From Candidatus Woesearchaeota archaeon (GTDB lineage: Archaea > Nanobdellota > Nanobdellia > Woesearchaeales > GW2011-AR9), in the NCBI GenBank assembly GCA_041665465.1, contig JBAYIU010000001.1:1081733-1145732 (forward strand): a DNA stretch of 64,000 nucleotides. Reading direction: 5' to 3'. The position numbers and the translations under genes are program-made. Positions 46,688 to 55,558 of this stretch are shown here, piece after piece (the first letter of the stretch is position 1; the number at the start of each line of letters is the position of its first letter). The notes beneath the pieces are model-generated. The model did not search any database. It was given only the letters and a program-made list of their open reading frames with translations, and was not told the DNA's origin.

Positions 46688-47467
46688 TTATTTTTTAACT
46701 TCTCCTTCTCCTGCGGGTAAGAAAGTAACAATATCGTCTAAATCTCCCCCTTTTAACTTAAACTTGATTCTTTTCGCTAAGTCTGATTTTTTAAGATCTC
46801 CAGGAATAATAACTGCAAAATTATCTGTCTGCGATTTAACTGCATTAACCGGTCCACCTATAGTCTTTCCTTCTACTAGACCCATAGCCATTTCTACTAC
46901 TGGATGCATAACATTTCTTTTGCCGTAAATCATAAATGCGCCTTTAGCAATAAACTCTCCTGATTTAGCCTCTTTAGTTACCTGTTCTGGTAAAACATAA
47001 AATACATCCCCTTGGGTATGTTTAGCTTTCCAAGACTTACTGTAAACTGCTGTAGCTTGAGCAGTTTCTTCTTTAGTTGCTTCTCCGCATTTCTGTCCTC
47101 CTTTGATCAAAAAGAAAGGTGATCCCGGTAGTTCAGTATGAAAAACTAAATCGTCTGGTTCGAGATGTTTCTTAATGATAATCTCATTAGAAGTAGCATC
47201 CTTCCCCCCGATACACAATAATCCTTCTGAAGAGATGAACCAATGGAATTTTTCATACCACTCTCGTTTAATCTCTTTTTTAGCTTGACGCTTCTTTTCT
47301 TCTTCCAAGAAAGAGTTCTCTTTACCTTGCAAATCTGCCAGCTTTTTCTTACTGTCTTCTATGGCTTTCTTAGCTCCCTCTATTTTACGTTTAGCTTTTT
47401 TAGCTAAGTCAAAATAAGTTCCAGCATTCTCGTCCACGGAAGTGTTTAAATCAATTTCAATCTGCAT
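46688..47467 (-). CDS. NFACT-R/DUF814-like domain protein with an N-terminal coiled coil
   Basis: HWFISSEGLLCIGGKDATSNEIIIKKHLEPDDLVFHTELPGSPFFLIKGG resembles the NFACT-R (DUF814) core. Weak. Confidence 0.45.
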   Translation of the reverse strand: MQIEIDLNTSVDENAGTYFDLAKKAKRKIEGAKKAIEDSKKKLADLQGKENSFLEEEKKRQAKKEIKREWYEKFHWFISSEGLLCIGGKDATSNEIIIKKHLEPDDLVFHTELPGSPFFLIKGGQKCGEATKEETAQATAVYSKSWKAKHTQGDVFYVLPEQVTKEAKSGEFIAKGAFMIYGKRNVMHPVVEMAMGLVEGKTIGGPVNAVKSQTDNFAVIIPGDLKKSDLAKRIKFKLKGGDLDDIVTFLPAGEGEVKK

Positions 47468-47531
47468 ACTAGTAATAATTGTCTTAGAAGTTAAAAAGGT
47501 TTGGGTTTAAAGATAAATTAATAAAGTAGAA

Positions 47532-48164
47532 TTGACTTACTTTACTCTTATGAAACAAAAAACCCAGATCCTTTTCATTCGTGGCGGAATGACTTTTAAG
47601 AATAGGAAAGACTATTTACACTATCTAAAAAATCGAGATGTATCCATTGAAGGTAAAATTAGATGGCATGGTGAATACCTGAAAAGAAAGTTAGGTAAAC
47701 AGTTTCAGTTAATCAAGCCAAACATGCCTTTGGCAGAAAACGCTAAATACAATGAATGGAAAATCCACTTTGAACGTTATTTCCCTTATTTAAGAAATAA
47801 TCTTATCTTGGTGGGAGCATCTTTAGGAGGAATATTTCTAGCCAGATATTTGTCCGAGAACAAATTCCCTAAAAAAATACTGTCCTTATACTTAGTTGCT
47901 CCTCCTTTCGACAATACTTTCTCTGATGAAGATCTAGTTGGTGGATTTAAGCTTAAGTCTAACCTATCCTTAATCGAGAAGAATTGTAAAAATATTCGAT
48001 TATTATTTTCCCAAGACGATCCGGTAGTTCACATATCACATGCTAAGAAATATGCTAATAAATTAAGAACTGCTACGTTGATTATTTATCCCAGTAAAAA
48101 TGGGCATTTTAAGATTTCAGAATTCCCAGAACTTGTTAAGATGATCAAAGAAGATATTCGTTAA
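47532..48164 (+). CDS. Alpha/beta serine hydrolase (RBBP9/YdeN-like)
   Basis: Nucleophile elbow GASLGG (GxSxG). Size and layout match the small RBBP9/YdeN esterases. Confidence 0.55.
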   Translation: MTYFTLMKQKTQILFIRGGMTFKNRKDYLHYLKNRDVSIEGKIRWHGEYLKRKLGKQFQLIKPNMPLAENAKYNEWKIHFERYFPYLRNNLILVGASLGGIFLARYLSENKFPKKILSLYLVAPPFDNTFSDEDLVGGFKLKSNLSLIEKNCKNIRLLFSQDDPVVHISHAKKYANKLRTATLIIYPSKNGHFKISEFPELVKMIKEDIR

Positions 48165-48195
48165 TTATTTAAACCTCTTTGGTTTACTAACACTC

Positions 48196-49224
48196 ATGGA
48201 ACGGGTTATTCTTAAAACATTAAATAAGAATCTTGGCTATAAACCAGGAGAAAGAGTTCTGATTATTCAGCAAAACTGGAGCAAAGGATTAAGTAAAGAA
48301 ACCAAATCCCGATTTGAACTTTCTAAGAAAGTGTGCCAGAAAATGTTTCAAGTGTATAAGAAAGTCAAAGTAGATGTTTCTTTGTTAACTTACTTTCCTA
48401 AAGAAGCTCGTTCAGGAGTAGATGTACCGAAAGGAACTTACACTTCTGTCCTGAAAGATGTTCCTGAAATTATCTTTATGCCCACTGCTTATTCTCTGTC
48501 TCATGTTCCTTCCACTAAACTATTACTTAAGAAAGGAGCACGTATTGCTAGCATGCCTAGTTTCACTTTAGATATGTTTGCAGAGAATGGGCCGATGAGT
48601 GCTAATCCTTTAGATGTTGGAAGAAGAGGAGAAAAAATTTATCAAAAGTATAAGAAGAGTAACTTTATTCATATCACTGGCAAGAAAACAGATATCGTTG
48701 TTGAAGTGGATCCTTCTATCGTGCATCACGCAGAAACGGGAATTATTAAGAAAGGAGACTTAGCTAATTTGCCAGCAGGAGAAGTATGCGGGGTTCCTAA
48801 ACATTTAGGAAAATCTCATGGGTATATCACTGTGCCAAAAGGATGGGGTGGACCTTTTCCTTTGAAGTATGAAATTACTCTAATCGCTAAGAATGGTCGA
48901 TTTGTAAATATTCTGAATGATGATCCAAAAGCTAAAGAGTATATTAATTCTAAACTTAAACCGTTAATTTTCGGCAAGAAGGGATTTGATGTCTTAGCAG
49001 AGTTAGGTATAGGTACAAATCACAAAATCACTCCTCAATATATCCAAAAGCATGGGTGGAGTGCTCTTACCGCAGAAAAGATTATCGGATCAGCCCATTT
49101 CGCTAACGGTTGCAGTGCTGGATTAGGTGGAAAGAATGATGTGCCTGTGCATTTAGATTGGGTCGTTCCTAAGGTTAAGATTGACTTTGATTATAAAATA
49201 AAAAATAAAAAAGCAAAAGATTAA
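48196..49224 (+). CDS. Putative aminopeptidase (M29/AmpS-like)
   Basis: LAELGIGTNHKI resembles the M29 G-E-x-x-I-G-T-N motif. Weak. Confidence 0.4.
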   Translation: MERVILKTLNKNLGYKPGERVLIIQQNWSKGLSKETKSRFELSKKVCQKMFQVYKKVKVDVSLLTYFPKEARSGVDVPKGTYTSVLKDVPEIIFMPTAYSLSHVPSTKLLLKKGARIASMPSFTLDMFAENGPMSANPLDVGRRGEKIYQKYKKSNFIHITGKKTDIVVEVDPSIVHHAETGIIKKGDLANLPAGEVCGVPKHLGKSHGYITVPKGWGGPFPLKYEITLIAKNGRFVNILNDDPKAKEYINSKLKPLIFGKKGFDVLAELGIGTNHKITPQYIQKHGWSALTAEKIIGSAHFANGCSAGLGGKNDVPVHLDWVVPKVKIDFDYKIKNKKAKD

Positions 49225-50324
49225 ATTAACCTTTTGCTGGCCGTTCCGGGAGGAAGTTTTCTTAAAGATACTGCGTTTTGTCCTCCTAGTTGTTGCATCA
49301 CTTCTGGGCTGGGCAGTTCAATCAATCCTTTATCCTGTTTAACTTTTTGGAGGAAGATGTTGCTTAGGAACCTTAAGGAAGTGTAAGCACTCTCTATCGC
49401 TCCAAAACTCATATCTCCAATCCCAGTGATGCTCTTGGCATCATCTGCAGCAATACCTAAAAACTTAGTAGCAAAGTCTAACCCGCTTTTGTTAGCTTGG
49501 GCATCGTACTTTGACTTTACAGTTTGGAGATAGAAATGGCTAGTAACATGTATTACTCTTCCTTCTCCTACCGGGAATTTTACGGCGATGGGGGATTCTC
49601 CATACTTGTTTCCCATCTCTGCACTGCCTAGCAATATTTCTAGTCCTTCTTTTCTTAATGGTCTGATAGGATAACTGCTGCTTTCTAACCACCAGATGGG
49701 TTTTAATGCTCCATTACCCAATCCTTTGGTGTATGGGCTTCCGGAAGCTATTAGGTCTACTTCTACTAAATCGTCACTGGTATTATGTTTCCCTCTTTCC
49801 ACATGTCCGGGGAAAGCATTCATGATGACACTTTCTAAGGCCCAGTCGGTAGTTACTAAATATCCTCCTGCATTTACAAATGCTTGCAATGCTTCCGTTC
49901 CGGACTTTCCCCGATAGCGATAATCTAACGTTCTTCCTGGACAGTTAACTAACAAGATCTGTTTTGGATCTAGATTAGTATATCCGTTAGCGATCTTGTA
50001 TGGTATCCCTGCCGGACTTAGTACTTTTTCTACTGAATCATATTGTCCGGGGATGACCACAATTCGATCGTTGTCCAATTCTTTTAGTAAAGACTTTTCA
50101 TCTCCGGGCATGGCTGCATCTACCACTCTGGCTGACATCATGTAGGCAGATTTCATGTCTACTGATTTTTTTGGAGTTTCTGATTTCTTGCTTCCTCCAG
50201 ATTTAGATACATAGGCTTTGTCTGCATCATAGTTAGTGTATCCATTCTTAGCAGATCCGTAATCAAATCCACCATTACTTCCACTCCAACTAGCGCTTGT
50301 GTCGCTTCCCCAGCTGTAACTCAT
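49221..50324 (-). CDS. Hypothetical protein with an S/G-rich N-terminal tail, last gene of the kinase operon
   Basis: MSYSWGSDTSASWSGSNGGFDYGS... low-complexity N-terminus, then a globular domain (LLVNCPG...AFVNAGGYLVTTDWA) possibly with a class I glutamine-amidotransferase-like fold. Confidence 0.45.
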   Translation of the reverse strand: MSYSWGSDTSASWSGSNGGFDYGSAKNGYTNYDADKAYVSKSGGSKKSETPKKSVDMKSAYMMSARVVDAAMPGDEKSLLKELDNDRIVVIPGQYDSVEKVLSPAGIPYKIANGYTNLDPKQILLVNCPGRTLDYRYRGKSGTEALQAFVNAGGYLVTTDWALESVIMNAFPGHVERGKHNTSDDLVEVDLIASGSPYTKGLGNGALKPIWWLESSSYPIRPLRKEGLEILLGSAEMGNKYGESPIAVKFPVGEGRVIHVTSHFYLQTVKSKYDAQANKSGLDFATKFLGIAADDAKSITGIGDMSFGAIESAYTSLRFLSNIFLQKVKQDKGLIELPSPEVMQQLGGQNAVSLRKLPPGTASKRLI

Positions 50325-50326
50325 GT

Positions 50327-51391
50327 TTATCCTCCCCCATCATATTTTTTTGTTCGTTTAAACATCGATTCCCAAATTTTTCTCTTGGGCTGATAGTCAT
50401 TATCTATGGCTTGAAGAAGGTTCAAAGCAGAAAACAAAGCTTCTTCTTTAAAACAAAGGTCGTCGCCCACCATTATTCTCTTATATCCTATCTCGCGAAG
50501 ATATCCTATATCTGTAATATCTGAGCAATCTGGGACGTATCCCTGTTTCAATGAACCAAGAATACGAGATGCGGCGATAGCTCGTGGATCCGCGTCTACA
50601 ATTTGTCTGGTGGCTTGCAAGATCTGGTGCGGTTTTCCTACTTCTACATACAAGTCTCCTCTAGCAGCCATCAGTCTAACTCTGCTTCTCCAGTCTTGGT
50701 AATCATTAGTTACAAATTCTAATCCTGGTTGAGATTCAATTTTCGCTACCGGTCTAGCTAAAGGATCTCTTTCTAGCAAATCACTTAAATCAGAACTTTT
50801 TTCCACGTAAGAAAGCATATAATCATGCATTCCTACTTTCTTTGCTGCTTCGATATATTCTAAATCTCTTGGTGTAAAGTATCCTTTGATTTTTAAACTG
50901 GGATGAAGAATGTTGATCGATTCTCCTCCTCCCACCACTCTTTGTGGTCCATCTAACATGATTAACTTGTTTCCATCAACTTTCACAATGTAAGCAGATT
51001 GATGTCCATCGTTGAAATAACATTTTACTGGTTTAGAAGTGTCCAACTCAATCTCATGGTCGATCTCTATTACTGACCAGGGTGGTGTTCTTAATTGTCC
51101 ATAAGATTTTGGATTTGAGGGGTCTAAAACTATTTTCTTCCCATCAACTTCAATGATGGTTGGTTCTTTCGGTGAGTCATAAAATTCTCCTCGGTTTATC
51201 CTGATTTGTCGACACTTTAAATCGATCCATACCGGTTTATCTCCGGCACAGTCTTTTATTCTAAGAAGTGCATCTTCTAAACTTTCTTTTAGGGGCATAA
51301 CTGTGTTTAATCTAAATCCCTCGACAATAGGGTGTTCAGCGATACTTTTTAGATAAGGTGCATATGGTGGTATGGTTACAATTGCTTTCAT
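50327..51391 (-). CDS. Pyruvate-kinase-like TIM-barrel protein lacking the C-terminal PK domain
   Basis: KIESQPGLEFVTNDYQDW...RLMAARGDLYVEVG matches the PK signature KIEN.EG...MVARGDLG.E. At 354 aa it is about 100 aa shorter than a canonical PK. Confidence 0.55.
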   Translation of the reverse strand: MKAIVTIPPYAPYLKSIAEHPIVEGFRLNTVMPLKESLEDALLRIKDCAGDKPVWIDLKCRQIRINRGEFYDSPKEPTIIEVDGKKIVLDPSNPKSYGQLRTPPWSVIEIDHEIELDTSKPVKCYFNDGHQSAYIVKVDGNKLIMLDGPQRVVGGGESINILHPSLKIKGYFTPRDLEYIEAAKKVGMHDYMLSYVEKSSDLSDLLERDPLARPVAKIESQPGLEFVTNDYQDWRSRVRLMAARGDLYVEVGKPHQILQATRQIVDADPRAIAASRILGSLKQGYVPDCSDITDIGYLREIGYKRIMVGDDLCFKEEALFSALNLLQAIDNDYQPKRKIWESMFKRTKKYDGGG

Positions 51392-51407
51392 GGTTTACCT
51401 CCGTTAT

Positions 51408-52397
51408 TTATACTTCTAATTTTTTGTTCGATTCTCTTCTACCAAAAACTTTCATTCTCACGTCTGAGAATTCTTTTACTAAGTCATGACCTTCCCAACT
51501 ATTACGTAAAAGGGGATTGGGATTAAGGAAAGTTTCAAAATATTCTCTAATTGGTTGAGGTACATTCTTTGGGAATTTTTTAGCTAAAGGGTTTCCTCCA
51601 AAAGCGTACATCATAGTTAAGGCTAAAGAATAAAGATCAGTTGATGGAAGTGGTGGCCTTAACTCTACTAGTTCTGGGGCTGCAAATGCTTCGGTGTATC
51701 CTTCTGCTCTACTTTTATGTTTAGGTCTTAAACTGGCGAAACCATAATCTACTAATACGGCATTATGTTCCTCAGGTTTGATGATAATATTGTTTGGTTT
51801 GACATCGCAATGAATTACTCCATTAAAGTGCAAATAATGTAGAGCGTTTAGTAAACGTTGAGTTATCCATGATGCATGTTCTGGGTCAATCGGGCCATGT
51901 TCTCGCACAATCTTTTCTAATGTTGGTCCGGGAACATAGCTCATCGCAAAGATATAACTCCCATCATCGGCATGAAAAAAGTCTCTTAAAGTGGGTAAAG
52001 AATAATGATTGATGTTCCAAAGTAATTTTGCTTCATGAGCCATGATCAAAGAGTCATCAGGAGACACGTGCAAGTTTTGTTTCAAACAAGCAAGTTCTTC
52101 TAACAAAACATGTTTAGCTTTGTAAGTTACTCCAAACCCTCCTTCAGCAATCTTTTCTAAAACTTGATAATTTCCGATAACTCTCTCTTGAGGGAATATC
52201 TTTTGGTCATACTTTTTTCTTTTTTCTTCATCACACAATACTTCCCTAGCTTCATTCAATAACTTGGCAACGTTTTCATTGCCTAGTCCTTTGTCGGGAT
52301 GATATTTGGTCATTAAGACCCGATAGGCCGCTTCTATTACTCCTGTTCTTGCCCCCGGGCTAACTTCTAAAACATGATAATAGTTTGGGTTTGCCAT
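51408..52397 (-). CDS. J-domain (DnaJ N-terminal) fused to a Hanks-type Ser/Thr protein kinase
   Basis: YYHVLEVSPGARTGVIEAAYRVLMTKYHPDKG (HPD motif), then GGFGVTYKAKH (Gly loop), HCDVKPNNIII (catalytic loop), DYGFAS (DFG-like) and APE. Confidence 0.7.
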   Translation of the reverse strand: MANPNYYHVLEVSPGARTGVIEAAYRVLMTKYHPDKGLGNENVAKLLNEAREVLCDEEKRKKYDQKIFPQERVIGNYQVLEKIAEGGFGVTYKAKHVLLEELACLKQNLHVSPDDSLIMAHEAKLLWNINHYSLPTLRDFFHADDGSYIFAMSYVPGPTLEKIVREHGPIDPEHASWITQRLLNALHYLHFNGVIHCDVKPNNIIIKPEEHNAVLVDYGFASLRPKHKSRAEGYTEAFAAPELVELRPPLPSTDLYSLALTMMYAFGGNPLAKKFPKNVPQPIREYFETFLNPNPLLRNSWEGHDLVKEFSDVRMKVFGRRESNKKLEV

Positions 52398-52514
52398 GAG
52401 AAATCGTTAGCGAAAGATTTATATATATTTTAGGACACCAGAATGTATACTTGTGTCGTTGTGGTTATAATAACCACAAATCACTTAATAATATGTATAT
52501 AACCTAAGAGGTGA

Positions 52515-53432
52515 ATGGAATTGCGTAGAAAAATCGTTAAGCATGGTCCTTCTTCTTTAACCGTATCTTTGCCCATGCACTGGGTTAAAAATAATAATCT
52601 TAAAAATGGGGATGAGGTTGAAGTATTAGAACGTCCGCGTGAATTGGTAATCTCTGGTGAAGGAAAGAGAGAGGCAAAAGAGATCACTATTACCTTGAGT
52701 AGTAAAAATCCCTTCGTTAAAAGATTATTTAACACTCCTTATCTCCATGGATATGATATAATCAATGTAAAGTTTGATTCTTATATTGTGATGGAAAAGA
52801 TATTACAATGTGTTAATGCTTGGAGAAGTTTTGAAGTGATTGAACAAAGAGAAAATTTTTGTAAATTAAAGAGCATTGCTGAAGCTAAACCTGAAGAGCT
52901 GGATGCTATGATTGTAAGAATGTTTAATATCTGCGATACGGTGTTAGAAGAATTATTATTATTTATTAAAAAAGATGATCTGGAAGCACTTAAAAGGATC
53001 TTGCTTTTGGATTCTACCATGACGGGAATAGATTTATTTTGTCGAAGAGTAATTAACACCGGAAAGGGAATTGAGATCGAGAAAGCTGGTAGTGTTTATT
53101 CTATCGTAAGAATCCTAGAGGAAATTTCCGACTTAGCTCGAGATATTGCTAATCGTTGTCCCAAGATTAGAATGATTCATAAGCAAGAATTTACTAAAAT
53201 TGTTGAACTATCAATGCAAAGTCTGGTTCTATTACGCAAGATTAGGTATAAGGGAGAAGTAGAATTGATGTATGAATATAAAGAACTAAAGAACCAACTT
53301 CGTGCTCGTTTTGATAAAGATCATAATTTTAATTCCGAAGAGATGTTTTTCTTTATGACTTTAAGACACCTAATCTATGAATTACATGATTTGTCTGGAG
53401 AAGTTTTATTATGGGTGAAATGGGGACAATAA
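52515..53432 (+). CDS. AbrB-N/PhoU-like regulator (paralog 4 of 4)
   Basis: MELRRKIVKHGPSSLTVSLPMHWVKNNNLKNGDEVEV at the N-terminus. Divergent from the kinase operon and upstream of the CYTH-like gene. Confidence 0.65.
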   Translation: MELRRKIVKHGPSSLTVSLPMHWVKNNNLKNGDEVEVLERPRELVISGEGKREAKEITITLSSKNPFVKRLFNTPYLHGYDIINVKFDSYIVMEKILQCVNAWRSFEVIEQRENFCKLKSIAEAKPEELDAMIVRMFNICDTVLEELLLFIKKDDLEALKRILLLDSTMTGIDLFCRRVINTGKGIEIEKAGSVYSIVRILEEISDLARDIANRCPKIRMIHKQEFTKIVELSMQSLVLLRKIRYKGEVELMYEYKELKNQLRARFDKDHNFNSEEMFFFMTLRHLIYELHDLSGEVLLWVKWGQ

Positions 53433-53493
53433 TTACTATCGGGTAGTCAAGAGTTAGAAAGTTTTATAAAAGGGCATTTGTCTTGATAATCTT

Positions 53494-54627
53494 ATGTCCG
53501 ATCTCAGTAATTTAGAACGAGAATTGCTTAAGAGGCCGTTAGTTATTCCTAAAAACGATTGGGAAGAAGCAACTATCTCTTTGGGTGGAGACGAATTACT
53601 GGCTTTTTTTCTTAATGCTGGATTTACGGGTGTTTCAAGTGTGTTGGGGTTAGGGAACTTAGCTACTGCCCTTTCTGGACCAGTGGGAGAAAAATTTATT
53701 TTCTTGGGAAGGCAATCTTATCGAGCACTACAGTTAAGGAAGGAAACTCCAAAAGGTTTACGTCAACCTACTCTAGCTTATCTAAAAGAAGGGGTAAAGG
53801 AAGGAGTAGAGAACCTGGTTTTAGATATTACTTTACATGATCCTACTTATACCGGATTGATGTATTATTTTTTAGAAAATCATTCTGATGTTTCTACTCT
53901 TCTGGCCTTACCTTTAAGTTTCGTTGCTGGGTTGGTGGTAGCTACAGTAGGAAAAGTTGGGTATAACAAAGGTAAGAAGTTATGGAACCAACATTCTCTT
54001 ACTCGAGCAGGTATGGAAAAAGAAGTGCTGTATGAAGTGAGATTTATCTTTCCTCAAGAAGTTACTCGAAGTCAATTAGAAGAAAATCTTTTCCCTGCAT
54101 TTGGTCTAGAACCCCAAGGAGAATTAGAATATCAAGATATCTATTTCCCTTGTAAGAGAGAAAGGACTAAGATCAGATTACGTGATCGTGATACTCCTCA
54201 AGGAGAAAGGATGAGATCAGCGCAAGTGGTATTAACTACTCCTGGAAGGGTGGGCGAAAAAGATCAACCTTGGAACTGTTATCCTTCTCGCAAGATTAAA
54301 TATTATCTCCCTTTATCGGACAAGATTTCAGATTTAGATGAAGTTCCTGACGAAAATGTGCGCAAAAAATTGCTTTCTTGGAAAGGAAGTGGCGAGAAAA
54401 AAGAAGTACGTTTTCGAAGAAGTTTTGCGCGAAACTCTGAGGGGCTCTTAATCGCTATGGATCAGGTATTTAATTCTCATCAACGTCCATTTTACGTGTT
54501 AGAAGCTAAGGTTTTCCCTAAAGACTTGGGTAAGTTGGTGGGAGTGACTCAGCATATAATGTATCATTATGCTCGTGCTTTAATGACAACCTATGGAAAA
54601 CATGATTTATCTGTCTTGAATAGTTAA
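53494..54627 (+). CDS. Membrane-anchored protein with a C-terminal CYTH-like (triphosphate tunnel metalloenzyme) domain
   Basis: N-terminal TM helices. The C-terminus has YEVRFIFP (ExExK-like start), ELEYQDIYFP (qxDxYFD motif), KIRLRDRD and a distal VLEAKV (EiE-like) strand pattern. TATA box at 53463-53472. Confidence 0.5.
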   Translation: MSDLSNLERELLKRPLVIPKNDWEEATISLGGDELLAFFLNAGFTGVSSVLGLGNLATALSGPVGEKFIFLGRQSYRALQLRKETPKGLRQPTLAYLKEGVKEGVENLVLDITLHDPTYTGLMYYFLENHSDVSTLLALPLSFVAGLVVATVGKVGYNKGKKLWNQHSLTRAGMEKEVLYEVRFIFPQEVTRSQLEENLFPAFGLEPQGELEYQDIYFPCKRERTKIRLRDRDTPQGERMRSAQVVLTTPGRVGEKDQPWNCYPSRKIKYYLPLSDKISDLDEVPDENVRKKLLSWKGSGEKKEVRFRRSFARNSEGLLIAMDQVFNSHQRPFYVLEAKVFPKDLGKLVGVTQHIMYHYARALMTTYGKHDLSVLNS

Positions 54628-54630
54628 GAA

Positions 54631-55104
54631 TTAACAGCTTCTAATATTTTCTAAAATCGTTGCTTGTTCAGTACAAATTTGTTCTGCATCGTACAACACA
54701 ATCTTGGGAGTAATCTTAATTTGTTTAATCTTTCCACTAACTGATGAATCATAATTTAAGTGTCCTAAATAATTGCCTGCTTTAATCATCTTGGCATCAT
54801 TTAGTTCGTAAGATTCTGCTTTAACCTCACCAATAACACTAAACACTAATCCTTCTACTTTAATATTTACTCCATTTTCTAAAGTGAAAGCCACATCTTT
54901 CTTAGCTGAATCGTAACATAATTGTTCCTGTCCTCCAATTACTGCTAATTTTAATCCAATCTGTACCGGGCATTGGGCACTAGACTCTACTTCTGCTGCA
55001 CCAAAGTTCATCACTACTACCCCCACAGCTACCGCAAAAGAAATAAGTAATAAAGTGACCATTAAGGGAGTAACACCTTTCTTTTTATGTAAGTGATTAA
55101 CCAT
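54631..55104 (-). CDS. Putative archaeal type IV pilin-like protein (class III signal peptide)
   Basis: N-terminus KKKGVTPLMVTLLLISFAVAVGVVV is a basic stretch plus a hydrophobic helix, reminiscent of prepilin/archaellin signals. The rest is beta-rich. Confidence 0.4.
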   Translation of the reverse strand: MVNHLHKKKGVTPLMVTLLLISFAVAVGVVVMNFGAAEVESSAQCPVQIGLKLAVIGGQEQLCYDSAKKDVAFTLENGVNIKVEGLVFSVIGEVKAESYELNDAKMIKAGNYLGHLNYDSSVSGKIKQIKITPKIVLYDAEQICTEQATILENIRSC

Positions 55105-55558
55105 GTTTCCAGTAAGATTTTCCTTTACGTAAGATTTCTTTTACTCTGTGTATTGGTACAAAAATCTCTTTTCCTTCTTTCATCACGAATATCAAAAAAC
55201 CTTTTTCAATCTGTTTCAAATGTTTTACTTCATACAACAAATCTTTTTTTTGTAATCGGTCATGGAACTTAATATGGAATTCCTGTTTCTGTGGATGTTT
55301 ATGTATTGCGTGAAGAGCAGCACTTGTTTTTTGCTCTTCTAATTTTAATGGGTCAAATTCTTTTAAGATTAATCCCGAGGAGGCTAAGATAATTACCCCT
55401 GCAGCTAAACTAACTAAAGGGTTTTGAAGAAACCAGAGATTTCCTACTCCATCCCACAATCCTGCCCAGAATAAAACTATTCCTATCACTCCAATCATAG
55501 CCCAAAAGTAATGTCTTAAATTTTCTGTAGTTAATTGGATCATCTTCATAGCCTCCAA
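55097..55558 (-). CDS. Hypothetical 2-TM membrane protein, tandem paralog 1
   Basis: Shares with 55546-55986 a 2-TM N-terminus, the KEFDPL motif, H..HP.K..F.I.(Y/F)HD and a C-terminal E(I/V)F(V/I)P(I/L)HR(I/V).E(I/V)...GK(S/T)YW. Confidence 0.45.
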   Translation of the reverse strand: MEAMKMIQLTTENLRHYFWAMIGVIGIVLFWAGLWDGVGNLWFLQNPLVSLAAGVIILASSGLILKEFDPLKLEEQKTSAALHAIHKHPQKQEFHIKFHDRLQKKDLLYEVKHLKQIEKGFLIFVMKEGKEIFVPIHRVKEILRKGKSYWKHG

